64,000 nt of DNA from the NCBI GenBank assembly GCA_965237675.1, contig OZ250150.1, forward strand, positions 2,656,001-2,720,000, given 5' to 3'. Shown here piece by piece: positions 39,701 to 50,168 of this stretch (within the stretch, counting starts at the first letter, position 1; every line of letters begins with the position of its first letter). A model generated the notes under the pieces. That model searched no databases and had not been told where the DNA came from. It saw only the letters and a program-made list of their open reading frames with translations. The stretch comes from Candidatus Latescibacterota bacterium (GTDB taxonomy: Bacteria; Latescibacterota; UBA2968; GCA-2709665). The position numbers and the translations under genes were made by a program.

Positions 39701-42700
39701 CCTGTGACGGAGGGTACGGCAGCGACGTTTACAATCACAGCATCGTCTGCACCGACCTCGGCACTGAGTGTGGGTGTGTCCGTCACCCAGTCAGGTGATG
39801 TCATCAGTGGCACGCCCTCATCAAGTGTGACGATCGATGCGAACAAGACGACGGCCACGCTGACGGTAGCGACGGACGATGACGGTAACGACGAGTCGAG
39901 CGGCGTGGTAACCGCGCAATTGCAGTCTGGCACAGGCTATACCGTGGGCAGTACATTTTCGGCCAGTGTAATGGTAAACGACAACGATATTCCGCAGGTG
40001 ACAATATCAGCAGGAACCACCCCTGTAACGGAAGGCACGGCAGCGACGTTTACAATCTCAGCGTCTCCTGCACCGGCATCCGCTCTGACAGTTACAGTGA
40101 ATGTGACAGAGACAGGGGATGTCATAGGCGGTACACCTTCTACAACGGTGACTATCGACGCCGCCAAGACTACGACCACGCTGACGGTCAATACGGTAAA
40201 CGATGAAGCAGACGAACCCAATAGCAAGGTGACCGCAAAAGTCGAGACCGGCACGGGCTATACGGTGGATAGTGCATTTTCGGCGAGCGTGACCGTTAAC
40301 GACAATGACGATGCTCCACCTGGAACGCCGGTGGTGACAATTGCAGGAGGTACTCCCTCTGTAACGGAAGGCACGGCAGCGACGTTTACAATCACGGTGT
40401 CCCCTGCACCGGCATCCGCTCTGACGGTGAACGTGAAAGTCACCGAAGATGGCGACGTCATCGGTGGTACACCCTATTCAACGGTGACTATCGACGCGAA
40501 CAAGGGCACGGCTACGCTCGCGGTCAATACTGTGGATGACCAGGCCGATGAGGCCAATAGCGTGGTGACCGCGCGACTGCAAGATGGCACAGGCTATACG
40601 TTGGGCAGTACATCTTCTGCTAGCGTAACGGTCAATGACAACGACCCTCCACAAGTGACGATTTCTGCGGGTACCTCACCTGTGAGGGAGGGTACGGCAG
40701 CGACGTTTACAATCACAGCATCGTCTGCACCGACCTCGGCACTGAGTGTGGGTGTGTCCGTCACCCAGTCAGGTGATGTCATCAGTGGCACGCCCTCATC
40801 AAGTGTGACGATCGATGCGAACAAGACGACGGCCACGCTGACGGTAGCGACGGATGATGACGGTAACGACGAGTCGAGCGGCGTGGTAACCGCGCAATTG
40901 CAGTCTGGCACAGGCTATACGTTGGACAGTACATCTTCGGCCAGTGTAACGGTAAACGACGACGATATCCCACAGGTGACAATTGCAGGAGGTACTCCCT
41001 CTGTAACGGAAGGCACGGCAGCGACGTTTACAATCACGGTGTCCCCTGCACCGGCATCCGCTCTGACGGTGAACGTGAAAGTCACCGAAGATGGCGACGT
41101 CATCGGTGGTACACCCTATTCAACGGTGACTATCGACGCGAACAAGGGCACGGCTACGCTCGCGGTCAATACTGTGGATGACCAGGCCGATGAGGCCAAT
41201 GGCGTGGTAACCGCGCAATTGCAGTCTGGCACAGGCTATACGTTGGGCAGTACATCTTCTGCTAGCGTAACGGTCAATGACAACGACCCTCCACAAGTGA
41301 CGATTTCTGCGGGTACCTCACCTGTGACGGAGGGTACGGCAGCGACGTTTACAATCACAGCATCGTCTGCACCGACCTCGGCACTGAGTGTGGGTGTGTC
41401 CGTCACCCAGTCGGGTGATGTCATCAGTGGCACGCCCTCATCAAGTGTGACGATCGATGCGAACAAGACGACGGCCACGCTGACGGTAGCGACGGACGAT
41501 GACAGTAAAGATGAGTCCAATGGCGTGGTAACCGCGCAATTGCAGTCTGGCACAGGCTATACGGTCGGCGGTACATCTTCTGCTGGCGTAACGGTCAATG
41601 ACAACGACCCTCCACAAGTGACGATTTCTGCGGGTACCTCACCTGTGACGGAGGGTACGGCAGCGACGTTTACAATCACAGCATCGTCTGCACCGACCTC
41701 GGCACTGAGTGTGGGTGTGTCCGTCACCCAGTCGGGTGATGTCATCAGTGGCACGCCCTCATCAAGTGTGACGATCGATGCTAACAAGACCACGGCCACA
41801 CTGACGGTAGCAACCGATGATGACGGTAACGACGAGTCGAGCGGCGTGGTAACCGCGCAATTGCAGTCTGGCACAGGCTATACGTTGGGCAGTACATCTT
41901 CTGCTAGCGTAACGGTCAATGACAACGACCCTCCACAAGTGACGATTTCTGCGGGTACCTCACCTGTGACGGAGGGTGCGGCAGCGACGTTTACAATCAC
42001 AGCATCGTCTGCACCGACCTCGGCACTGAGTGTGGGTGTGTCCGTCACCCAGTCGGGTGATGTCATCAGTGGCACGCCCTCATCAAGTGTGACGATCGAT
42101 GCTAACAAGACCACGGCCACACTGGCGGTAGCAACCGATGATGACGGTAACGACGAGTCGAGCGGCGTGGTAACCGCGCAATTGCAGTCTGGCACAGGCT
42201 ATACGTTGGGCAGTACATCCTCGGCCACTGTAACGGTTAATGACAATGATGAGCGGCTGCCGGCGGCTTCAGTCGTGATCAGTCCAGACACGCTGGCGTT
42301 TACGGCGGTCGGCGCGTCCGCGACTCTGACGGGCCGCATACTGGACGCTAACGGTAATGCGACGTATCCCACGTCCTTGGGTTGGACGTCGGCCAACAGG
42401 GAAGTGGCTACAGTAACTTCACTGACAAGCCTTGACTTGAGCCGACCGAAAGCGACGGTAAAGGCCATTGGTGGAGGGACGACCACCATTACGCTGGGCG
42501 TGGACGACGACGTGACTGGGACGGCCACGGTGACGGTAACACTGATGGGACGACGAGTGGAAATCTCGCCGGGTAGGCTCAGGTTCGATGCGCTGGGGCA
42601 AACAAAGATGGTGACGGTCAAGGTATTGTATGAAAACGACGACGAGGATACAGAAGCTTCGTTCTCAGCTTCTTCGGCGTTTTCTCCGTTGCGGGGGACC

Positions 42701-43159
42701 ACAATCGGAGATGGAGGTCTGGACATCGAAAAAGTGGATGGCGGAATCCAGATCACAGCGAACGCAAATGGGATCGGAAGTGTTACCATTTCCTCGGCTG
42801 GCGCCGAAAGCGCTATTTTGCATGTAAGTGCGGCACAAAGTCCGGCGTCCCTTGTGGTTTCACCGGATTCGGTGGGCTTGGCGGTAGGCGCGACCGCGAC
42901 GCTTAGTGCGGCAATAAGCGACGCAAACGGTCACGGCATCGTGCTGGATCAGGGTGACGGTCAAGGCGGTCTTATGGTGTCTTGGGAAACCAGCGACTCG
43001 GCCGTGGCGACGGTAACAGGCGCTACTGCCACCAACGACAGTAATACGGGCGGCACGGCTACGGTTTCCGCAGCCGGGGCAGGGGCGGCTACGATCACCG
43101 GCCGGTGGGGGAGTTACATTCGTGGTACGGCCAAAGTGACGGTGACGGCCGGTAACTGA
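36713..43159 (+). CDS. Giant secreted adhesin-like protein: dockerin/EF-hand-like tag, CARDB-like domain, 15 Calx-beta-like repeats, Ig-like (Big_2) tail
   Basis: Signal peptide; PDFNGNGIVDFSDF..YDLDGNGEIDFGDF; SPDLVV..YYGACVD; 107-aa repeats VTI.AG..VTEG..ATFT...VTVNDND. Confidence 0.88.
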   Translation: MKSRAENWMLVLCSAGLLCMILVSTASLSTQTTSTVPDFNGNGIVDFSDFVAFAAVFGVQQGDEAYDNKYDLDGNGEIDFGDFVIFARSFGKVVNTAPPGTRPPPGQGNSPDLVVATPSVDDSSLDVGESFTLSATVRNNGSGSSSATTLRYYLSTDATISDSDTQIGTDAVSILGAFEASDQSVDLKAPSTAGTYYYGACVDVVTGESSNGNNCSGAVMVTVGGGSPPPAAPEVTIAAGTTPVTEGTAATFTITVSPAPASALTVNVKVTADGDVIGGTPYSTVTIDANKGTATLAVITVDDQADEANSVVTVRLQGGTGYTVGGTSSASVTVNDNDPPQVTISAGTSPVREGTAATFTITASSAPASALSVGVSVTQSGDVISGTPSSSVTIDANKTTATLTVATDDDGNDESSGVVTAQLQSGTGYTVGSTFSASVTVNDNDIPQVTISAGTTPVTEGTAATFTISASPAPASALTVTVNVTETGDVIGGTPSTTVTIDAAKTTTTLTVNTVNDEADEPNSKVTAKVETGTGYTVDSAFSASVTVNDNDIPQVTISAGTTPVTEGTAATFTISASPAPASALTVTVNVTETGDVIGGTPSTTVTIDAAKTTTTLTVNTVNDEADEPNSKVTAKVETGTGYTVDSAFSASVTVNDNDDAPPGTPVVTIAGGTPSVTEGTAATFTITVSPAPASALTVNVKVTEDGDVIGGTPYSTVTIDANKGTATLAVNTVDDQADEANSVVTARLQGGTGYTVGSTSPASVTVNDNDPPQVTISAGTSPVREGTAATFTITASSAPTSALSVGVSVTQSGDVISGTPSSSVTIDANKTTATLTVATDDDSKDESNGVVTAQLQSGTGYTLDSTSSASVTVNDDDIPQVTIAGGTPSVTEGTAATFTITVSPAPASALTVNVKVTEDGDVIGGTPYSTVTIDANKGTATLAVNTVDDQADEANGVVTAQLQSGTGYTLGSTSSASVTVNDNDPPQVTISAGTSPVTEGTAATFTITASSAPTSALSVGVSVTQSGDVISGTPSSSVTIDANKTTATLTVATDDDGNDESSGVVTAQLQSGTGYTVGSTFSASVMVNDNDIPQVTISAGTTPVTEGTAATFTISASPAPASALTVTVNVTETGDVIGGTPSTTVTIDAAKTTTTLTVNTVNDEADEPNSKVTAKVETGTGYTVDSAFSASVTVNDNDDAPPGTPVVTIAGGTPSVTEGTAATFTITVSPAPASALTVNVKVTEDGDVIGGTPYSTVTIDANKGTATLAVNTVDDQADEANSVVTARLQDGTGYTLGSTSSASVTVNDNDPPQVTISAGTSPVREGTAATFTITASSAPTSALSVGVSVTQSGDVISGTPSSSVTIDANKTTATLTVATDDDGNDESSGVVTAQLQSGTGYTLDSTSSASVTVNDDDIPQVTIAGGTPSVTEGTAATFTITVSPAPASALTVNVKVTEDGDVIGGTPYSTVTIDANKGTATLAVNTVDDQADEANGVVTAQLQSGTGYTLGSTSSASVTVNDNDPPQVTISAGTSPVTEGTAATFTITASSAPTSALSVGVSVTQSGDVISGTPSSSVTIDANKTTATLTVATDDDSKDESNGVVTAQLQSGTGYTVGGTSSAGVTVNDNDPPQVTISAGTSPVTEGTAATFTITASSAPTSALSVGVSVTQSGDVISGTPSSSVTIDANKTTATLTVATDDDGNDESSGVVTAQLQSGTGYTLGSTSSASVTVNDNDPPQVTISAGTSPVTEGAAATFTITASSAPTSALSVGVSVTQSGDVISGTPSSSVTIDANKTTATLAVATDDDGNDESSGVVTAQLQSGTGYTLGSTSSATVTVNDNDERLPAASVVISPDTLAFTAVGASATLTGRILDANGNATYPTSLGWTSANREVATVTSLTSLDLSRPKATVKAIGGGTTTITLGVDDDVTGTATVTVTLMGRRVEISPGRLRFDALGQTKMVTVKVLYENDDEDTEASFSASSAFSPLRGTTIGDGGLDIEKVDGGIQITANANGIGSVTISSAGAESAILHVSAAQSPASLVVSPDSVGLAVGATATLSAAISDANGHGIVLDQGDGQGGLMVSWETSDSAVATVTGATATNDSNTGGTATVSAAGAGAATITGRWGSYIRGTAKVTVTAGN
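37409..42250 (+). repeat. 15 tandem ~321-bp coding repeats in three subtypes
   Basis: Order A-B-C-C-A-B-A-B-C-A-B-A-B-B-B, near-identical at DNA level. Confidence 0.9.
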
Positions 43160-43355
43160 TTCGATCAACAATGCGCTTTGGCCTATTTTCGAGCAGGTCT
43201 TGAAGACACATTGATGTTGCAAGTGGGGCACTTTCAGATTCCTTCCATGGTGCTGCCTTGGCAGGAATGCCCGTTGTCTTTGCTTGTGTACTACAAGAAC
43301 ATTCCTTTTGTAGTAGGGCAGCTTCTGAGAACACCCTCGTCGGGCTGGCTTAACT

Positions 43356-43739
43356 GTGGGGAGACACCAACCGGCAGCCCGTGAGGGACAGGCCCGTAGT
43401 ACTGATGATGCCGGGTAACGCCGGCGGAGGAAAGGGGCCTGACTTCGGACGCGTTTGTGCAGGGGACAACGGTATGAAGAGTGGCACAAGCCTAAAACCA
43501 CCAAAGAAAGACGAGGCGATTCCGGAACAGGCTTGGTCTTCAGGTGAAGATGCGTGGGCAGCGCAGACAGCGTGTGCCTGTAAGCGACGTCCGTCGGAGA
43601 GCCGGATGCTGTTAATTCGCACGTCCGGTTCGACGAGGGGGATGTGGAAACGGAGCATGGAGCGGCTATTGAGGCACCGCCAGACGAAAGGGGCGGATAC
43701 TGACAGGCCTCTAACCACAGCACTGCATCGTTACTCTAC
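43356..43739 (+). mobile_element. 5'-truncated, ORF-less group II intron remnant (DII/III to DVI)
   Basis: Homologous to intron 1 28608-28725; intact DV GAGAGCCGGATGC..GCACGTCCGGTTCGACGAGGGGG; ends CTCTAC at 43739. Confidence 0.85.
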
Positions 43740-46203
43740 GCCGACGGATGTTTCGGCAACGGCTACATATGAGAGGTTTCATTGAACAATCGTCGTGTGC
43801 ATCCTACAGGCAGTAGCTCCTCAGGCCGCGGAACGAAATTGGCCTTGATATTCGCGGCCGTGTCCTTCGCCGTGTTGATTTGCTTAGGGACGCTATATTC
43901 ACAGGCGAGTATTCCGCGCTCCAACGGTTCCACAGACTTCGATGGCAACGACACGGTTGGCTTCAGCGATTTTATGCTGTTTGCGGATGTTTACGGATTA
44001 AGAAAAGGGGATGCCGGATACGATGTGCGGTTTGATCTGGATGGGGATGGCGCGATCGGACTCGGCGATTTTTTAATCTTTGCAAGTAGTTACGGTGAAA
44101 AGGTTGCTGTATCTGGTGTGGACCGGGAAGCTCTCGTGGCGCTGTACAATGCGACGGATGGGCCCAATTGGAAGAACAGCATAAACTGGTTGACCGAAGA
44201 GGATATTTCAACATGGTACGGTGTCAGGGTACAAAACGGTCGGGTCACGTCCCTTCACCTGGACAAGAATAAGCTGTCTGGAACAATACCCCCGGAACTG
44301 GGTCAACTCACGACCCTAACAGATCTGGTCCTCAGCCGGAATGGCTTAAGTGGAGGGATCCCGCCAGAGCTTGGCCAACTCACCAATCTTGAGAGTTTGG
44401 ATCTTTCGGTGAGCTCATTGAATGGGCCGATTCCGCCCGAACTTGGCCAACTCACCAGGCTCAAGCAATTAAGGCTCTGGATCAGCGGGTTAACCGGCGA
44501 GATACCACCGGAACTGGGTCAACTCACCGATCTCGAGTTATTGGACCTTAGTTGGAATAATAATCTGACGGGGACGATTCCGCCAGAACTGGGCCGGCTC
44601 ACGAAGCTCAAGGTCCTGGAGCTTGATTTGAATGATCTAACGGGCCAGATACCAAATGAACTGGTAGAACTCACCAACCTCGAGACGCTGGACCTTTCCT
44701 GGAATGATCTGACGGGCCTGATCCCCCCAGAACTGGCCCAAATCCGAAGCCTTACAGCGCTACGCCTTGGCACGAACGATCTGACGGGCACGATTCCGCC
44801 GGAACTGGGTCAATTGACAAATCTCGAATGGTTATCGCTTTGCGACAATGACTTGACGGGCACGATCCCGTCGGAACTGGGTCAACTTACCAATCTCAAA
44901 TGGTTATCGCTTTGCAATAATGAATTGACGGGCAGGATCCCGCCGGAACTGGGCGAACTTACCGAATTAAAAAGACTACGCTTCGATTACAACGAAGACC
45001 TGACCGGACCGCTGCCACAATCCTTTATCGGTCTCACCCTGGAACACCTCCAATTGGAAGAAACTCTGGTGTGTGTCCCACTGACCAACGAATTCCATGA
45101 ATGGCTGGAGGGGATACGTGTAAAGAAAATCGGCGATCGATGTCTCTATCCGGAACGTGATGCTCTGGTCGCGCTGTACAAGGCCACGGATGGATCAAAC
45201 TGGACCAACAGTGAGAACTGGTTGAGCCCGGAGGACCTCGGGGAATGGCACGGCGTGACGACTGATGCCGACGGGGGTGTGACCAAACTTAACCTGCAGG
45301 GAAACAACATGCGGGGCACGATACCTCACCCGATGGGACAGTTGACAAAACTCAAGACGCTTAAACTCTCGTCTAACGCCGCGCTGTCCGGACCACTGCC
45401 CTTAGATCTGACTCGGCTTACCCTGGACTCCCTCGCTCTGGACGGAACGCAGCTGTGCGCGCCTCCGCAGGCGGAATTCCACACGTGGCTCAATGGGATA
45501 CCCGAAAAGACCGAAGTAGCGCGGTGTACCGACGCGCGTGCGGATTACTATGCCTTGGTGGAGCTGTACAACGGCACGGATGGATCGAACTGGAAGAATG
45601 CGACGAATTGGGCGAGCACCGCGCCGCTGGGCGAATGGTATGGCGTGACGACCGATGCCGGCGGCCGGGTGACCAAACTGGACCTGTTTCAAAACAACCT
45701 GAGAGGGGCGATACCTCGCCAACTGAGCCAATTGACCCATCTCGAATGGTTAAGGCTCGGCGATAATGAATTGACGGGAACGATCCCGCCGGCCCTTGGG
45801 AAATTGACCGATCTCGAAGACCTGAAACTTGGCGCGAATCAGTTAAGGGGTGAGATCCCCTCAGAACTCGGACAACTCACCAGTTTGAGAAACCTGGGCC
45901 TCTTCAGGAATCAGTTAAGTGGGGAGATCCCCTCGGATCTTGGACACTTGACGAATCTCAGAGCCTTGGTGCTTCAGGCCAATCGGTTATCGGGAAGTAT
46001 TCCATCGGAGCTTGGACAACTCACGAATCTCGCGGTGCTTGGACTTTCAGGTAACTGGTTGAACGGCGAGATACCCCCGGAACTTGGACAGTTAACAGAT
46101 CTCCACTATCTGAACCTGGCCGGAAATGAGTTAACGGGGGAAATTCCACCGGAACTCGGGCAGCTCATCAATCTTGGCCAACTCTCTATCCAAGGCAATG
46201 AGT

Positions 46204-47628
46204 GGGATTGTGCCTATCTTAGTTGAAATAGAAGAGGCTCCGATGTAAATTGGATACGGCAGTCTCGACGAAGAAGACCGTATCCTCAACCAAAGGAGCC
46301 TGTGATGAAAAAAGTACCGTCGAACCTCCGTGAAGTCAAGTCGAATAGGGATGCCGGGGTGACGTCTGGCGCCTTCCTGGGAGAAGCCCTGGAGGATGTT
46401 GACGTCCGTGTGGCATTGATCCAAGCGCTGATCCCGCTTGGTCTGGACGCTGTGGCAGAAATCTTGCAGCAAGAGGTTGCCGGGTTGACGGGCAAGAAAC
46501 ACAGTCGTAAAGCGGGCAAGACCCCGAATCGTCGGTGGGGCGCTCAACCGGGATCGGTGTATCTGTCGGATCAAAAAGTGCCCATTACGGTGCCCAGGGT
46601 GCGTGACGTGGAAGCCAATGAGGAAGTTCCTCTGGAGGTATATCACCACTTGCAGCGACCCAGAAACATGGACGGAGGGTTGCTGCTGCGCGTGGTCAGC
46701 GGCATTGCGACGCGTTCTTACGCCAGTTGCGCAGAGGCGATACCCGAGGCGTTTGGCTTGTCTTCATCGAGTGTCTCGAGGCGGTTCATCAGGGCATCGG
46801 CGGCCAAGCTGAGACAGTTTCAAGAACGGTTTCTTTCGGGCTATGACCTGGTGGGGCTGTTTATGGATGGCAAGACCTTTGCCGATCAGGAAATGATCAT
46901 CGCCCTTGGCGTGACCATCGACGGGCACAAGATCCCGCTGGGGTTCGTGCAGGCCGCCAGCGAAAATGAGCGCGTGTGCCGCCAGTTTGTCGATTCGCTC
47001 ATCGATCGCGGATTGCAGTATCACCAAGGGCTGCTTTGCCTCATCGACGGCTCAAAGGGCTTGTATAGTGCCCTCACAAAAGCCCTTTCCGGTTATGTCG
47101 CCATTCAACGCTGTCAGTGGCACAAACGGGAGAACGTGATCGCCTATTTGCCCAAGACACAGCAGAGTGAGGTCAAGAAAGCGCTTCAAAGTGCCTACGA
47201 CATGGACACCTACAAAGAAGCCAAAGCCGCGCTGTATGCCCTCAAGCCCTCCCTGACCCTGATGAATGCATCGGCCCTCAACAGCCTGGAGGAAGGGCTC
47301 GAAGAAACCCTCACCCTCCATCGCCTGGGACTGATGCCACAACTCAAGCAATCGTTTCGCACCACCAACTGCATCGAATCCCTCAACGCCATGATCGCAC
47401 AGCGCACCCGTAATGTGAAACGATGGAACAACTCCGATCAGCGATATCGGTGGTTGGCAGCCGCGCTGTTGGATATCGAGCCCCGATTGCGGAGGATCAA
47501 AGGATACCGCTTTCTTCCCGTACTCAGACTTGCCCTACGCAATCATCTCGCGCTCGATCATGACACGCAAAACGCTTTCGCCGCTGATTGAACGCCTCTG
47601 CTATTTCAACTAATAATAGTACTTGCCC
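46204..47628 (+). mobile_element. IS256-family element B
   Basis: 8-bp TSD CAATGAGT (46196-46203, 47629-47636); TIRs GGG.....TTAGTTGAAATAG.AGAGG. Confidence 0.93.
46302..47591 (+). CDS. IS256-family transposase
   Basis: AAGGAG RBS; VPRVR, FMDG, LIDGSKGL, QRCQWHK, TTNCIESLN. Confidence 0.93.
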   Translation: MMKKVPSNLREVKSNRDAGVTSGAFLGEALEDVDVRVALIQALIPLGLDAVAEILQQEVAGLTGKKHSRKAGKTPNRRWGAQPGSVYLSDQKVPITVPRVRDVEANEEVPLEVYHHLQRPRNMDGGLLLRVVSGIATRSYASCAEAIPEAFGLSSSSVSRRFIRASAAKLRQFQERFLSGYDLVGLFMDGKTFADQEMIIALGVTIDGHKIPLGFVQAASENERVCRQFVDSLIDRGLQYHQGLLCLIDGSKGLYSALTKALSGYVAIQRCQWHKRENVIAYLPKTQQSEVKKALQSAYDMDTYKEAKAALYALKPSLTLMNASALNSLEEGLEETLTLHRLGLMPQLKQSFRTTNCIESLNAMIAQRTRNVKRWNNSDQRYRWLAAALLDIEPRLRRIKGYRFLPVLRLALRNHLALDHDTQNAFAAD

Positions 47629-49753
47629 CAATGAGTTGGCGGGAGCGATACCCGGCGAACTTGGAGGATTGGCGAAACTAACTGATTTAACTCTTCGCAC
47701 AAATGAGTTAACCGGACCGATACCAGCGGAACTGGGACGACTAACCAATCTCCAAAGGCTGTTTCTAGGCAAGAACCAACTGACGGGTGAGATACCTTCC
47801 GCGCTGGGACGTATGGTCAATCTCCAAGTATTGTCGCTGCCGCAAAACGCGCTGACGGACCGGCTGCCACCCGATCTTGGACGATTGACCAATCTTGAAG
47901 AATTGGACCTCTCATCAAACCGGATGACGGGTGAGATACCGAATGAATTGGGTCAGCTCACCAATCTCAAGCGGCTGGACCTCAGACTGAACCTGTTGTC
48001 CGGTGCGATACCCCCGGAGCTCGGCAATCTCAACAGCCTGCAGTCGCTGAACCTCGCATCCAATGGCGGCTTGTCGGGGAGCCTTCCGCACACATTCACC
48101 GGACTTGCCCTCGAATCTCTGCAGTTGAAGGAGACGCTGCTGTGCGTGCCACAGGATGCCGAGTTCCAGGCGTGGCTCAGAGAGATTCCCGACAGCCGGG
48201 TGCCAAACTGCATATTTACCGACGTGTCAACGGCCTACCTGACGCAGGCGACACAGTCCCTCGAGTATCCCGTACCGCTATTAGCCGGCGAGGCTGCTTT
48301 CTTGCGGGTGTTCGTCACCGCGGCGCCGGAAGTTTATGCCGCCATGCCCCCCGTGAGGGCAACCTTCTATCTAAACGGCGCCGAGGTGCATAATACGGAA
48401 ATAGACGGGCAGACGTCGAGCATTCCCTGGCAGATCAACGAGGGATCACTCTTGAATTCGGCCAATGCGGTGGTGCCGGCCTCGGTCGTGATGTCGGGAC
48501 TGGAGATGGTGGTCGAGATCGATCCCGACCGGACGCTGGACGCGGGTCTGGGCGTCGGGGTCCGTTTACCCGCCACGGGTCGAACGGTTGTTGACGTGAG
48601 GTCCTTGCCGCCCTTCGAGCTGACGCTGGTCCCGTTTCTGTGGATCGAGGACCCGGACCGTTCCGTTTTGACGGAAATGGAGGATCTCTCGTCCGAATCC
48701 GATCTGTTCCGGTTGACCCGCGATATCCTTCCGGTGAGCGATTTTCAATTGACTATTCACGAGCCCGTGTCGACTTCGGTCGATCCCACCGGCGACAGCC
48801 ATGAGACGTTAATGCGTGAAACCGAGTTGATTTATGCCATGGAAGGTGCCCGAGGTCATTATATGGGCATCTTCAGAGAGAAGGGTGAGGGTGGCTTACT
48901 GGGGATAGCAAAGTTACCCGGATACGTAAGTCTGTCCGTCCTCGACGAAAACGTCATCGCCCACGAAATCGGGCACAACCTGAATCTCTATCACGCCCCC
49001 GGGTGTGGCGCAATTGGTACGGATCCCGACTATCCGACGGACGACGGCTCCATCGGCGCGTGGGGATACGATTTCCTCAACGAAACGCTTGTCAATCCCG
49101 AAACATCGGACCTGATGACGTACTGCAAGCCGCGGTGGATCAGCGAATTCAGCTATTCCAGGGCGCTACGACATCGCTTCCATGACAGGGGCTGGCGCGA
49201 GGCGGCGGCCTACGGGACCTCGACGAAGGGCCTGCTGTTGTGGGGCGGATTGAACGGGGACAAGGAACTCTTCCTTGAACCCGCGTTTGTGGTCGACGCC
49301 CTGCCTTCTCTCCTTCCTACGGAAGGTCCGTACCAGCTCACGGGCGTGGATGAAGACGGTAGCACGGTCTTCGACCTGAGATTCGATATGGCCGAGATCG
49401 CCTGCGGCGGCGAGGGCCGCGTCTTCGCCTTCATTCTTCCGGCGCAGCCGGATTGGGCCGGCAGGCTGGCGCGCATCTCGTTTTCCGGTCCTGAAGGCGT
49501 CTCCACGCTGGATGGCGAGGATGACCCCTCCGCTGCGCTGCTGCTGGACCGTACCACGGGAGGTGTTAGGGGCATCCTGCGGGACTGGGCAGAGCCGGCC
49601 GCAAAGCGCGCCGCCGCCAGCCTTGGGCTACCGGAACCGGACCTGGAGGTCCTCGTCAGTCGCGGCATTCCGGATGCGGCGTCATGGACGCGATGACCTG
49701 AAATGGTGGATCTCTCCTTCGTGCCTTTGTGTGAGTTGCTTGTTGGTGCAGGA

Positions 49754-49780
49754 AAGGGGGCGGTTCACGAACTCCTCTTA
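49754..49780. repeat. Degenerate GTAG-type REP
   Basis: GGGGGCGGTTCACGAACTCCTC, related to 55461-55484 and 60728-60751. Confidence 0.5.
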
Positions 49781-49789
49781 CGCAGATTA

Positions 49790-50166
49790 GTGGCCTGCCA
49801 ACAGGGTCTAACTGTATCTTGAGCTCTTGGGGCTATGTTATCTGCTGCATTTTTTTCGCCGTCGAAATTAGCTCTGAATCGCCTAAGCGATGGAACGATG
49901 ATCTGAGTGATCCCTGTTATAAATGACGAACAGTTTCGCGGGTGCGTTGTGGCACTCGATGCGATTCATCCAAGAGGCGTTTGTGGCCGTGAAGACGAGT
50001 TCGACATTGGCCTTCTGGCACCATTGAAGGACTTCCTTCTACAAATGGGTTCGCACGTTGTCCCGGAACGATATACAGCTTTAGTTGATCTTTATACCGG
50101 CCTCTGATGGCCTTCAGGAAGCTGAGCACGTCCTGAAAGCGCTTCCGATTCTTGTGATGCATCCAC
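49790..50166 (-). pseudogene. IS630-family transposase 3' remnant with terminus
   Basis: Minus-strand LYIV..DN..TH and FTATNASWMNRIE with stops/frameshift; end TA|GTGGCCTGCCAAC. Confidence 0.75.
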
Positions 50167-50168
50167 TA

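Larger units (their letters stand above)
43782..49696 (+). pseudogene. Secreted plant-type LRR protein with dockerin-like tag and C-terminal HExxH metalloprotease, split by IS256
   Basis: Signal peptide; DFDGNDTVGFSDF tag; three ALVALY.ATDG.NW caps; L.G.IPPELGQLT.L repeats; rejoined GNE|LAGAIP; AHEIGHNLNLYHAPGC and DLMTY. Confidence 0.88.

Noticed and set aside
37409-42250. CRISPR array
   Set aside because: Units are ~321-bp in-frame coding repeats with no unique spacers and no cas genes
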